Below are positions 45,705 through 55,668 of a DNA stretch of 64,000 nucleotides, piece after piece. How positions within the stretch are numbered: the first letter of the stretch is position 1; each line of letters starts with the position of its first letter. The DNA is taken from NCBI GenBank assembly GCA_020725405.1, contig DYFB01000039.1, positions 44,428 through 108,427 of the forward strand, read 5' to 3'. This stretch comes from Symbiobacterium sp. GTDB lineage: Bacteria > Bacillota > Sulfobacillia > UBA995 > UBA9673. The notes beneath the pieces are model-generated. The model had not been told where the DNA came from. It searched no databases and was given only the letters and a program-made list of their open reading frames with translations. The position numbers were made by a program, and so were the translations under genes.

Positions 45705-46556
45705 TCAAAAGAGGGGAAACCCGAAGGCCTGGGCCAGCATGCGGAGAGCCATGTAGAAAAGGACGACGGCGAAGACCTTCTTGATAACCGCCCCAGGCAG
45801 CACCTGGGCCAGCCAGGCCCCGGTCCGCGAGCCGACTATGACGCCGATGATGGTCACGGCGGTGATAACCGGGTCGACGAACCCCCGGGCCGCGTAAACC
45901 ACGGCGCCAGCTGCGGCCGTCAAGGAGATGATGTGGCTGGAAGTAGCCGTGGCGGCCTTCATCGGCAGCCCGAGAAGCAGGTTCATGACCGGGACCTGGA
46001 TGACCCCTCCGCCGATTCCGAGGGTCCCGGCCATGGTCCCGGCAAGAAAGCTGAAAGTCAGCCCTCGCCTGGCCCCCACCGGGCGATAGGCGACGGAGGT
46101 GCCAGCGGCGGGGTCGTAGTAGCTCCCGTCGAGGTCGCCCTCACCGCCCGCCTCCGCTCCCGCCAGCGCAGGCCCAGGCCGGGGCGTCCGATCCGGCCTC
46201 AGGAGCATAATCAGCCCGACGCCGAGAAGGAGAGCCCCGAACGTCCCACCGAGCCAGGCCCCGCTCAGGGACGTCCCGATGAACCCCCCGAGAAGAGCCC
46301 CGGCGGCGGTCACCCCACCCAGGATGAGAGCCAGCCTAACGTTGGTCAGCCGGGTCTTGAGATAGACCGTGGTGGCCGTCGACGCGTTGGCCACCACGGC
46401 GACGAGGCTCGTCCCCACGGCGACGTGGACGGGAAGACCGAAGCCTAGCGTGTAGAGGGGGACGATGATGACGCCCCCCCCTAAGCCGAGCATCGCGCCC
46501 ACGACCCCGGCGAAGACAGCCGACAGGCCGAGCCCGGCGGCATATCCGAGTTCCAA
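45705..46556 (-). CDS. TauE/SafE (DUF81) family sulfite/anion exporter-like membrane protein
   Basis: 283 aa, with two repeated 4-TM halves carrying GxGGG motifs (GLGGGVIIVP / GIGGGVIQVP). Confidence 0.85.
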   Translation of the reverse strand: MELGYAAGLGLSAVFAGVVGAMLGLGGGVIIVPLYTLGFGLPVHVAVGTSLVAVVANASTATTVYLKTRLTNVRLALILGGVTAAGALLGGFIGTSLSGAWLGGTFGALLLGVGLIMLLRPDRTPRPGPALAGAEAGGEGDLDGSYYDPAAGTSVAYRPVGARRGLTFSFLAGTMAGTLGIGGGVIQVPVMNLLLGLPMKAATATSSHIISLTAAAGAVVYAARGFVDPVITAVTIIGVIVGSRTGAWLAQVLPGAVIKKVFAVVLFYMALRMLAQAFGFPLF

Positions 46557-46778
46557 GGAGACGGCCCTCCAACATCGGCCGGATGTAGCCTGGCCCGGCG
46601 GTACCCCTGACAGGGCTCAGCGGCGGCCTACCGGAGGCCGGCCCCTGAACTCCGGTGACCGACCCTCGGCGGGCTCCGGCATCGTGCTCTATTCTACCTT
46701 GAGCAAGACCTTTCCTGTGACCGCGGGTGGAGGGGAATCGCGCGGTGGCCTGGAGAAGCAGTGCGCGGGAGAAGCAGT

Positions 46779-49227
46779 GCCCGAGAGAGAACAGGGCGCG
46801 AAGAGCGCTTTCCCGCCCCGGGGCGGCGCCGGCCCGAGGCGCGGGGGGAAAGGGGATCCGGACATCCGCCTGCTCCGCATCGCGACCGTGCTTCTTCTCG
46901 CGGTCCTCCTGGGCCTGGGAGCCGTGCTGTCATCGCTGGCCCCGAACCCGCCCTGGGCCGCAGCTGAGCCGCCGCCGGACCCGTCGACGGCGGAATCCGT
47001 CGACGCCGGGGTCGTCATTCTCCCCCCGAACTCGCTCGAGCTGCTCCCGCTCGACCCGCCGGTTCACGCGCCCAGCGGGTCTCTCCCGGCGGAGGCCCGC
47101 CGGGAGATAGAGCTCGTCCTGGCTGCCCAGTCCGAGGCCCTGCTTAAGGGCGACCCGGCCGGCTACCTATCTGTGTTCCGGACGGCCCGGGAGCCGGGGG
47201 GTTACGGGGCACCCGGTTCGGACCCGGAGACGCCCCCCCTACCCGGGGTCGCCGGGTCGCCCGACCTCCGGGTGAGGGAGTGCCTCTTCGGCTGTCTTCC
47301 GGAGGGGTCGCACGTTCTCCAGGTCGAGACGACGCCGCTCTTCCTCGCCCCAGGTCCAGCCGGCACGGCGGACGTCCTTCTGAGGCATACCGTGGTCTTC
47401 CAGGCTCCCGGCGGTCAGCCGAGCTTCGTCGAGACCACCGCCCTCCAGCGGCTATGGCGGGACGATGACGGCCGCTGGTGGGTCTTCGACTGGTTCGTGG
47501 CCTCCGAGAAGCAGGCTCGCCCGGCCTGGCTCGTCTGGGTCGAGGGTAAGGTCGCCCTGGAGCCTTTCGCCGACCGCCTCCAGGCCGAGATGACCTACAC
47601 GCTCTACCCGGGGTTCCTCGACAGGAGCCGGAAGGTCACCTTTGACCTGGCCGAGTCCTTCGAGGTCCTCGATGTCCGCGGCGACCCCGATCCGGTCCTG
47701 TGGGAGAGAAGCGGCGACAGAATCCGGGTGTCGTTCCCCGCACCGGCCGGGAGCTCGGGAGCGGCGGCAGGCCCGGCGGCCGAAGGAACCGGGGTGACCG
47801 TGACAATCACCTACCAGGGCCGGGTTGAGACGGAGACCCTGCGCCGCGGCCGACTCGAGTCCCTGGACGCCGAAGGCATCTACCTCCGGCCCGGCACGGG
47901 CTGGTACCCCAGACCCGCCGGGGGCGGGGCCGTGCGGGGGACCCTGACCGTGACGGTCCCCGGCTGGTGGGCCGCGGCCGCTTCGGGTCGACTGGTAGGC
48001 CACTCCCCTACCCGCGACCTCACCTCCTTCACCTGGGGCCTGGATACGCCAGCCGAGATTTACCTGGCTGCCGGCCCTTACCGGATCGGCACCTTGTCCA
48101 CGGGCCGAGGCGTGGTCATCAGGACCTTCTTCTACCCCCTCAATGCGGAGCACGCCGCCGCCTATCTCACGGAGACGGCCCGCATCCTGGACGTCTTCTC
48201 CAGGTTGTTCACCCCCTACCCCTACACCAACCTGACCCTGGCCGAGGTCTGTCGCTTCTACTACGGGGGGCTCTCGGCCCGCTCGCTCATCCTGCTCGAT
48301 GCCGGAGGTCTCGACGACCCTCGAGATCCCCGCTACGCGAGGGACCTCCTCGCCCACGAAATATCTCACCAGTGGTGGGGCGAGATCATCCCGGTCTGGG
48401 GGAACATCGAGTGGTACCTCTGGGAGGGGCTGGCCACCTACAGCGAGGCCCTCTACACCGAGGCGGTCGGGGGGCGGGCGGCCCTGGCCCGGTCGATGCA
48501 GGACAAGGCGGACGTCTTCTCCGCCGAGACGCGAGGCCGTCGGCACTGGTCGGTCAGCGAGGCGGGCGTCAGGACCGAGAACTGGCAGGACCGCTTCGTC
48601 TACGAGAAGGGGGCCTGGGTCTTCCACACCCTGCGGTTCCTTCTCGGGGACGAGGACTTCTTCGCCCTCCTCCGTCGCTACATCAACCACTTCGCCGGCC
48701 GCCAGCCGGCTACCGCCGACCTCGAGGCCCTCATCGCCGAGGCCGCCGGCGGCGACCCCTATCTCCTCAGCTACGTCGACCGCTGGGTGCGGGGGACCGA
48801 CAGTGTGGACCTCTCCTTCTCGCGGGTGTCCTCCACCCGGACCGAGTCCGGCACCAGTCTCCGGTTCGAACTCGTCGACCGCGGGACGGGCGACTTCCCT
48901 TGGGCCGAGGTCGAGCTCGGTCTTCAAGACGGCCGGACCAGCCGGCTACTCCTCCGCCCGGGTGAGCATGTGGTCGAGGTGCCGGGGACCGTCGTGTCTC
49001 TGGAAGCCGACCCCGACCGCTGGGTCCTCGACCTCGAGCGGGCCAACAATCGATACCGGCGACTCCTCGGGGTCTGGGTCCCGGAGCAGACGGCCACAGC
49101 GTCGGCCCGTGTCGCCCTGGTCGCCGCCGCCGTGGTCGCCCTGGGAGCCCTTGTCCCTGCCGCCCGGAGGCGCTCGGCCGGCGGTCCGGTGGCCCCGCCC
49201 GGCGCCGGGGACTTCCCGCCGTCTTGA
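46779..49227 (+). CDS. MA-clan zinc metallopeptidase (HEXXH...E; M1-like aminopeptidase N family) with an N-terminal signal/anchor
   Basis: HEISHQWWGE followed by WEGLATYSE (gluzincin). N-terminal hydrophobic segment LLRIATVLLLAVLLGLGAV. Start is uncertain: the ORF-track ATG at 46465 would overlap the divergent TauE start; GTG at 46779 or 46888 is possible. Confidence 0.65.
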
Positions 49228-49299
49228 CGGAGGCCCGCAGGCGGTGCTAATTTGGTGGTGCCTGCTCCCGACGCCTCGGCGTCGGCGGCCGGCCTCGCT

Positions 49300-49420
49300 C
49301 CTTCAAGTGCTCAACCAAAGGCACGTGGCAGAGTAGATGTTCCCGCGTTAAGTGCCAGAGGATGGGAGGTCGCCTCTGGACGAAAGGCGGGCCGCGACCG
49401 GTCCGCCTGCGGTGGGGCAT
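49300..49420 (+). ncRNA. THF (tetrahydrofolate) riboswitch upstream of folT
   Basis: GGCAGAGUAGAUGUUCCCGCGUUAAGUGCCAGAGGAUGGGAGG... matches the conserved THF-I core (AGAGUAG...CGCGUUAAGUGCC). Lies directly 5' of an ECF folate S-component gene. Confidence 0.7.
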
Positions 49421-49503
49421 CGCTTCCGCTGTCACATCAAAGACGCCTCCGTCTCTGGTGTGGCCTGCCGGCCTGCCTGAAGAGAAGGGAGGTGTCGTTG
49501 TTC

Positions 49504-50079
49504 ATGCCTACAAGCAGCACGAGGCGTCTTGCCTACCTTGGTCTTCTGGTCGCCCTGGCCGTCGTCCTTACGCGCTTTGCCAGCGTGAGGGTCGCCATCG
49601 GCGGGATCGAGGGCGTACGGCTGGGGCTCGGGCACTTCCCTCTCATCATGGCCGGCGTTCTTTACGGTCCTCTCGCCGGCGCCGCGGCCGGCGCCGTTGC
49701 CGATATCACCGGCTTCTTCATCAGCCCGATGGGTCCGTACATGCCCCACTTCACCCTGACGGCGGCGCTTACCGGGGCCTTGCCCGCCCTCTTCCTCGCG
49801 GTGATGAGGCCGAGGCGGGCCGGGGCCCCGTCCCTCGCCCGACTCGCGGCGGCCATCGCGCTCTCGCAGGGGATAGTGGCGGTCATCCTTGTCCCCTACT
49901 TCCTGAAGGCCCTTTTCGGACTGCCACCGGCGGTGACCGTGCCCCCCAAGGTCGTTGAGCAGGCCATCGTCATCCCGTCCTACGCCCTTCTCCTGCACCT
50001 CCTCCTGCGGAGACTCACCGGCCTCGTCCCGGTCTGGGAAAGGCCGGACCTCGCCCGGAACCCGACGGGCTCGCGGTAG
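49504..50079 (+). CDS. folT: ECF transporter S component, folate family (FolT)
   Basis: Start at ATG 49504 (GGGAGGTG RBS). ~190 aa, 5-6 TM, typical FolT-like composition. Confidence 0.8.
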   Translation: MPTSSTRRLAYLGLLVALAVVLTRFASVRVAIGGIEGVRLGLGHFPLIMAGVLYGPLAGAAAGAVADITGFFISPMGPYMPHFTLTAALTGALPALFLAVMRPRRAGAPSLARLAAAIALSQGIVAVILVPYFLKALFGLPPAVTVPPKVVEQAIVIPSYALLLHLLLRRLTGLVPVWERPDLARNPTGSR

Positions 50080-50093
50080 AGCCCGAAAAGCGT

Positions 50094-50127
50094 TGAGCGG
50101 GGAGAGAGGCTCTCTCTCCCCGCTCGT
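50094..50127. terminator. 14-bp perfect-stem hairpin (gagcggggagagag/ctctctccccgctc), candidate bidirectional terminator between convergent genes
   Basis: Seen directly. Lies 15 nt after the folT stop, with the 50162.. minus-strand gene converging. Confidence 0.5.
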
Positions 50128-50161
50128 CTCCACCTTCCGTCTCTCTCGCGAAGGCCGGCCC

Positions 50162-50656
50162 CTACTTCACCCGGCCATCCAGACTGACGTCCATCCTGAT
50201 CAAGACGCCCAGGACGGCTAGGGTTATGCCCATGTCCACGAGATGGTGAAGAGCCGTTCCGACGCCGACGACGACGGAGGCCTGGCCGAGCGTGTAGCCG
50301 AACGGCAGGACCACGAGAGCTTCGCCGATGGCGTGGACCGGAAGGATGACCAGAAGGACCAGCCAGGGTTTCATCCCGTTCCGGTAGAGCAGGGCCCCGA
50401 GGACGCCCCAGACGATGTGCACCGCCGCCCGGGCTGCGATAACCGGCGACATGGCGATGAGGAACCCGACCGTCGAGCCGAGGCCCGCCGACAGGGCCAC
50501 GACCGGGCCGGCGAAGACTCCGAGCATGACCGGCACGTGAGAAGCCAGGGTGGCTGAAAACGGAGGGATGACGACTCTCAGAAAGCCGAAGGCCAGCGGG
50601 ATCACCACGGCCACGGCGCCCAGCAGCGCTCCCAGGGCCACCTCTCTCGTCTTCAA
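50162..50656 (-). CDS. Small polytopic membrane protein (possible ECF-type S component / substrate transporter) co-transcribed with the aminotransferase
   Basis: ~164 aa if the TTG at 50656 is used (GAGAAAGGA upstream); the ATG at 50749 would overlap the aminotransferase by 55 nt. 5 TM segments. Confidence 0.45.
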   Translation of the reverse strand: MKTREVALGALLGAVAVVIPLAFGFLRVVIPPFSATLASHVPVMLGVFAGPVVALSAGLGSTVGFLIAMSPVIAARAAVHIVWGVLGALLYRNGMKPWLVLLVILPVHAIGEALVVLPFGYTLGQASVVVGVGTALHHLVDMGITLAVLGVLIRMDVSLDGRVK

Positions 50657-50693
50657 GTCAGGATTCCGTCCTTTCTCGCCATTGGACGCGTCT

Positions 50694-52043
50694 CTAACCG
50701 GTCCGACAGACCTCGTCGAGCGACTCTCCGATGATGCCGATGGCCTCATCGAGCTGCTCGTCGGTGATCACCAGGGGCACGAGGATGCGGATGACGCTCC
50801 CGTAGATGCCCGACTTCAGGAGCAGGAGACCGCGCTTCATGGCCGCCTTGGTGACAGCCGTGGTGATGTCGGGCGCGGGCTCTTTGGTCTTCTGATCCTT
50901 TACGAACTCCATGGCCACCATCGCGCCGAGACCCCGGACGTCCCCGATGACCGAGTGCCTCCCCTGGAAGTCGCGGAAGGCCTCGGTCAGACGGCGCCCG
51001 ATAACCCGGGACCGCTCGAGGAGGTTGTCCCGCTCGATGATGTTCAAGACCTCCAGGGCCGCCGCGCAGCCGACCGGGCTCCCGACGTAGGTCCCGCCGA
51101 TGGTGCTGTCTTCGGGGGCGTCCATGACCTCCCGGCGGCCGATGACCCCGCTCAGAGGGATGCCGGCGGCGATGGACTTGGCGACCGGCATCAGGTCGGG
51201 CTCGACGTCGAACTGCTCGCTGGCGAACATGGTCCCCGTCCGGCCGAACCCCGTCTGCACCTCGTCAAGGATGAGGAGGATGCCGTGCCGCTCGCAGATC
51301 TGCTTCAGCCTGACGAAGTAGTCCTTGGGGGGAACGATGAACCCGCCCTCGCCCTGGACGGGCTCGGCGACGACCGCGGCTATCTCGCGGGCTGAGACCG
51401 TGGTCGCGAAGAAACGGTTGAGAGCCTCGACGCAGGCGAGATCGCACCCGGGATAAGTGAGCCCGTAGGAGCACCGGTAGCAGTACGCGGAGGGGATGCG
51501 GTAGACGTCGGGCGCGAAGGGGCCGAAGTCCTCCTTATAGGGCTTGACCCTCGACGTCAGGGTCATGCACAGGAGGGTGCGCCCGTGGAAGGCGCACTCG
51601 AAAGTAATGAGAGCTTTCCGCTTCGTCGCCTTCTTGGCTATCTTGACCGCGTTCTCGACAGCCTCGGCCCCTGAATTAAAGAAGCAGCATTTCTTCGGAC
51701 TCGGCCCCGGGGCGAGCTCGGCCAGGCGGGCGGCGAGGTCGATCAGAACCTGGTAGGGCACAATGCTGAAGTCGGTATGGATAAACCGGGCCACCTGCTC
51801 CTGGATGGCCCTCACTACATCCGGCGGGCAGTGGCCCGTGTTGAGAACACCCACTCCGCCTCCGAAATCAATGAAGCTGTTCCCGTCGATGTCCGTGAAC
51901 ACCGCACCCTGGCCCCTATCGATGATGGCCGGTAGATACAGGGTGAAGGCGTTCGCGATGTATTGTTCCTTTTTTCTGATGAGCTCCTTCGACTTGGGAC
52001 CGGGGAGGTCCGTCGTCACTCTCGCGTACTTACCCATTGTCAT
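50694..52043 (-). CDS. Class-III (omega) aminotransferase, GabT/4-aminobutyrate aminotransferase-like
   Basis: 449 aa. PLP-lysine region ILLILDEVQTGFGRTGTMFA...AKSIAAG and N-terminal GNSFIDFGGGVGVLNTGH. Confidence 0.9.
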   Translation of the reverse strand: MTMGKYARVTTDLPGPKSKELIRKKEQYIANAFTLYLPAIIDRGQGAVFTDIDGNSFIDFGGGVGVLNTGHCPPDVVRAIQEQVARFIHTDFSIVPYQVLIDLAARLAELAPGPSPKKCCFFNSGAEAVENAVKIAKKATKRKALITFECAFHGRTLLCMTLTSRVKPYKEDFGPFAPDVYRIPSAYCYRCSYGLTYPGCDLACVEALNRFFATTVSAREIAAVVAEPVQGEGGFIVPPKDYFVRLKQICERHGILLILDEVQTGFGRTGTMFASEQFDVEPDLMPVAKSIAAGIPLSGVIGRREVMDAPEDSTIGGTYVGSPVGCAAALEVLNIIERDNLLERSRVIGRRLTEAFRDFQGRHSVIGDVRGLGAMVAMEFVKDQKTKEPAPDITTAVTKAAMKRGLLLLKSGIYGSVIRILVPLVITDEQLDEAIGIIGESLDEVCRTG

Positions 52044-52297
52044 CCCCTTTCAGAACTGGTGAGTGATGCCCCGCCGGCAGCGGGAGGGCCTCAGGTTAGG
52101 GCCGGAGCTCGATATGCTTCGCCGCTCTTCGGGGAAAGCCCTGCCGCGAAAAGAACCGGCTCCGCCGCCCGGCGGTCGCCGGTCCATGGGTACTCCGGGC
52201 GCCGGTCCGGTAATAGCGCTGGCGGTTACCGGAGTGGGGGCCGAGCGACGCGACGGGCGGCGGCGATACGGCCGTCGCCGGGAGCGGGGAGACCTGG

Positions 52298-53020
52298 CTA
52301 CCCCGCCACCCGGTCGTCGCCGCTCTCGGGAGAACACTCTTTCATGGCCACAAGGAACTCCATCGCAGCCTTCCTGACGTGCTCCTCGGCCAGGCTGTGG
52401 AGCCGGGGAAGATCGCGCGCCCGGAGGGCCTCCAGCATCGCCTCGTGCTCGGCGATAGCCTCCGCGCCCCGCCGGGAGAGGATGATGTCCCCCGCCTGCG
52501 GGTGCCAGTCCCAGAGAGACTCGATGCACTCCACAAGCTTCGGGAGGCGGCAGGGCTGGACCAGAGCCCGGTGGAAGCGGCGGTTCAGGACCCCCAGATC
52601 GGAGGGCCGGTCGGACTGGACCTTCCTGACAAGGGCATTGTGGATGCCCTCGATAGCCTCGATCTCCGCGTCGGTGACTCGGGTCACCGCGAGTTCGAGC
52701 GCCGTCCGCTGCAGGATAACGAGGGCGTCGTGGACCTCCTGCACCTCCTGTAGCACGGGCTGCCTCACGACTGCGCCGCGGTGAGGCTGGAACTCGACAA
52801 GGCCTTCCTTGGCCAGCCTCTGGAGAGCCTCCCGGACCGGCATCCGGCTTACGCCCAGCTGGCTGGCGAGGTCTTCCTGGCGCAGGCGCTCGCCCGGCTT
52901 GAGAACCCCCGCGCAGATGGCCTGACGAAGCTCCTCGTAGACAACCTCGGAGAGAGGCCGGTAACGCGCTACCGAGAGCGAGCGGGGCACCCCCACCCCG
53001 ACCTCCTTTCGGACGCACAA
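52298..53020 (-). CDS. GntR-family transcriptional regulator (FadR/FCD subfamily)
   Basis: N-terminal wHTH (LRQEDLASQLGVSRMPVREALQRLAKEGLV) plus a C-terminal all-helical FCD domain. Confidence 0.85.
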   Translation of the reverse strand: MCVRKEVGVGVPRSLSVARYRPLSEVVYEELRQAICAGVLKPGERLRQEDLASQLGVSRMPVREALQRLAKEGLVEFQPHRGAVVRQPVLQEVQEVHDALVILQRTALELAVTRVTDAEIEAIEGIHNALVRKVQSDRPSDLGVLNRRFHRALVQPCRLPKLVECIESLWDWHPQAGDIILSRRGAEAIAEHEAMLEALRARDLPRLHSLAEEHVRKAAMEFLVAMKECSPESGDDRVAG

Positions 53021-53099
53021 CTAGTGCGGACCCCGTGGGCGGAGGTCATCAATGTAGCAAACACTACGTTATGCTTCCACGTCCAGGCCGTGGAGTCCT

Positions 53100-54695
53100 T
53101 CAGGGTTCCATGGGCTCAAGTCCGCCGCTGGCGTCGAGACTCATCTCGCCCGAGACAAGCTTCACTCTGACGTGCCTCAGCCACTCGGCGTCGTCCTGCT
53201 CCGGGAAGTCAGCCCGGAAGTGCAGGCCCCGGCTCTCCTTCCGGTAGCGGGCGGACCTGATGACCGCCTCAGCGACGAGCAGGACGTTGAGGGCTTTCAG
53301 GGCCGCCCAGATCTCGGTGCTGGTGCCGGTCTCGCAGCTGAAAGGCATGGCCCTTTTGATCTTGTTGAGCTCGGACTGCGCGGCGTCCAGGCTCTCCCGC
53401 GTCCGGACGAGAGCCGCATGCCGCCACATGGCCAAGGCGATGCGTCTGACCGCGTCCTGCGGACGGGGGGCACCGGGCTGGGTGGACTCGAGGAGGGCCA
53501 TGACCCGGCGGACCCGCTCGCGGGCCCCGCGCTCGACATCGCCCGGCGGGACACCGGTCCCGCCCGGAAGACCGGCGACGTACTTCCCGGCCCGCCACCC
53601 GGTGACGAGGGCCTCGGTAAGGCCGCTCCCACGGAGGCGGTCCGCGCCATGACTCCCGGCCACCGCCTCGCCGGCGACGACCAGACCGTGGACCCTTGTC
53701 TGCCCGTGGTCGCCGCAGACGACACCCCCCAGGGTGTGATGGGCGACGGGCCTCACCGGAACCGGAACGATGACGCCGGCGGCGGTCGCGCCCGGTCCCG
53801 AGGGGTCGCCGGGGGTTAGAACCACGGTCGCCTCCTCCTGCCGGGCGGCGAACTGCCCCATCACCTGCTCGTAGATGCGGCGGGCGAGCTCGCCCGGACC
53901 GATCCGCCCGTCAAGAAAGGCAGGGAGGCCGGCGTCCTCGGTAACGTCCCGCTCACCGGAGACGAGACGCATCCCCCCGAGCAAGCGGGGCTCAAGGCAC
54001 CTCCAGACGCCGCCGGCCTCATCGGGCTCGCCGGCTGCAACCGGCCAGAACTGAACGAACTCCATGTCCGCCAGAACGGCTCCGGCCCGGAAAGCTGCGG
54101 CCAGGCCGTCTCCGGTGGCGCTGGGCGAGTGACTCGTGTAGGGATAGAGACCGGCGGCCCCGCCGGTGGCCAGGACGACGGCCGGTGTGGTGATAGCTAC
54201 CCAGCCGGCCGCTGACCGGTCGTAGGCCAGAAGGCCGGTGACGGAGCCGCCGTCGGGAGCGACGAGGACGTCCCAGGCCAGGGCTTCCAGGGTTCTCACC
54301 CCTGCCCCCTCCAGAGCCCCGCGGAGACAGCCCGTCAGAACCTCACCCGGAGGACGTCCGGCGCCCTCGACGGCAAAGCCGGTGTCCGTGTCGCGCGTCC
54401 TGACCCCGGCCGCTTCGAGAAGCTGCCGGGCGCTCGGGGCGTCTTCGGCCATGGCCCTGGCCAGTGAGCGCTGGGCGAGGTATCCCCCGGCCGCCAGGGT
54501 ATCGAGGAAATGGCGCTCGGCCGTGTAGCCGCCGGTGGCGCAACGGAACCACCCGCCGCTGCGAGCCGTGGCCGCCGGAGTCTCGGGGTCACGGATAAGG
54601 AGGGGGGCCCTGCCGCTCTGGTAGAGAGTGAGGGCCGCGGTGAGTCCGGCGAGCCCGGACCCGACGACCACGACGTCGGCCTCGCGGGAGAGCAT
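53100..54695 (-). CDS. FAD-dependent oxidoreductase of the L-aspartate oxidase / fumarate-reductase flavoprotein family (NadB-like)
   Basis: N-terminal DVVVVGSGLAGLTAAL Rossmann motif. Conserved HHTLGGV and RYRKESRGLHFR motifs characteristic of NadB/FrdA/SdhA. No nadA/nadC adjacent. Confidence 0.75.
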   Translation of the reverse strand: MLSREADVVVVGSGLAGLTAALTLYQSGRAPLLIRDPETPAATARSGGWFRCATGGYTAERHFLDTLAAGGYLAQRSLARAMAEDAPSARQLLEAAGVRTRDTDTGFAVEGAGRPPGEVLTGCLRGALEGAGVRTLEALAWDVLVAPDGGSVTGLLAYDRSAAGWVAITTPAVVLATGGAAGLYPYTSHSPSATGDGLAAAFRAGAVLADMEFVQFWPVAAGEPDEAGGVWRCLEPRLLGGMRLVSGERDVTEDAGLPAFLDGRIGPGELARRIYEQVMGQFAARQEEATVVLTPGDPSGPGATAAGVIVPVPVRPVAHHTLGGVVCGDHGQTRVHGLVVAGEAVAGSHGADRLRGSGLTEALVTGWRAGKYVAGLPGGTGVPPGDVERGARERVRRVMALLESTQPGAPRPQDAVRRIALAMWRHAALVRTRESLDAAQSELNKIKRAMPFSCETGTSTEIWAALKALNVLLVAEAVIRSARYRKESRGLHFRADFPEQDDAEWLRHVRVKLVSGEMSLDASGGLEPMEP

Positions 54696-54809
54696 CGGTA
54701 AACCTCCAAGCGGCGCCCGTCAGTGGTTGACTGGGAGACTGGGGCCGGAATTGGGATAATGTATCCAATCTGAGAACCGATGCTTCTCCCCTGCTAGCGC
54801 GATTCCCTT

Positions 54810-55349
54810 CTAGAACTCGATGCCTTCCCGAGCGGGGATTCCATCGGCGTAGTGGTGCTTGATGTCCAGAACCTCGCTGACCATGTCGGCCGCCTGGACT
54901 AGTTCGGTCGGGGCGTAGCGGCCCGTAAGGATGACATCCACGTGCGGCCGCCGGCTGGCGAGGGCCTCCTGGACATCCGCCAGGCCAATCAGTCCGAAAT
55001 CCAGAGCTACGTTTATCTCATCCAGGACGACAAGGCCGTACTCGCCCCCGGCGAGAGCTTCCTTCGCTTTCGCGAGCCCCCTCCGGGCGAGGTCGATGTC
55101 CTCTGGACGAGGGTTGGCCTTGTCCACGAAGCGGTGAAGCCCGTGCTGCTCGACGGTGAGGACCCCTCCAAGATGCTGGCGGGCCGCCTTCAGTTCCCCG
55201 TACTCCTCACTGCCCTTCATGAACTGGATGACGAGGACCTTGGCTCCGTGGCCTATGGCCCGGAGGGCCTGACCGAAGGCCGAGGTCGTCTTCCCCTTGC
55301 CGTTCCCCGTCAGGACCATCACCAGGCCGCGCCTTCCCGTGTCCATCAT
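54810..55349 (-). CDS. cobO: Cob(I)yrinic acid a,c-diamide adenosyltransferase (CobO/BtuR/CobA-type)
   Basis: Start at MMDTGRRGLVMVLTGNGKGKTT (P-loop). ~180 aa. Confidence 0.85.
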   Translation of the reverse strand: MMDTGRRGLVMVLTGNGKGKTTSAFGQALRAIGHGAKVLVIQFMKGSEEYGELKAARQHLGGVLTVEQHGLHRFVDKANPRPEDIDLARRGLAKAKEALAGGEYGLVVLDEINVALDFGLIGLADVQEALASRRPHVDVILTGRYAPTELVQAADMVSEVLDIKHHYADGIPAREGIEF

Positions 55350-55481
55350 GACCCAACTCCCCTCGCCGCCGTCTATTCTCCCCCGGCCCGACCCTCCCTC
55401 CCCGGCGCAGGGAGACACGCCCCAGAGGACGAAGTATCCCCGGCCGGACTACCCGGACGGGGAGAAGGGAGACTCACCGAT

Positions 55482-55668
55482 GGACCTGGTCCTGCTCGAG
55501 TACGCCCTCTGGGTCAGCCTCGGCCTGTGGGCCACCCTCTTCGCGGCCCATCCGCTGGCCAGAGGAGCCGGGCTCCTGCTCGTCATCCTGGCCGTCCTGC
55601 GGTCCTTCACCGAAAAGGAGGACGCCGGCTCCGCCTTTAGCGGGCCGGCTCCTTCAGAGCGCGGATAG
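55482..55668 (+). CDS. Possible small hydrophobic protein (62 aa)
   Basis: Internal ATG of ORF 55297..55668, preceded by GGGAGAAGGGAG at -8. Sequence MDLVLLEYALWVSLGLWATLFAAHPLARGAGLLLVILAVL... Overlaps the 3' end of the convergent TPR gene by ~30 nt, so it is uncertain. Confidence 0.3.

Noticed and set aside
53100-54695. Assignment of the flavoprotein strictly as NadB (quinolinate pathway)
   Set aside because: nadA/nadC are not adjacent and the family (NadB/SdhA/FrdA-like) cannot be split by eye. Kept as 'L-aspartate oxidase-like FAD oxidoreductase' only.
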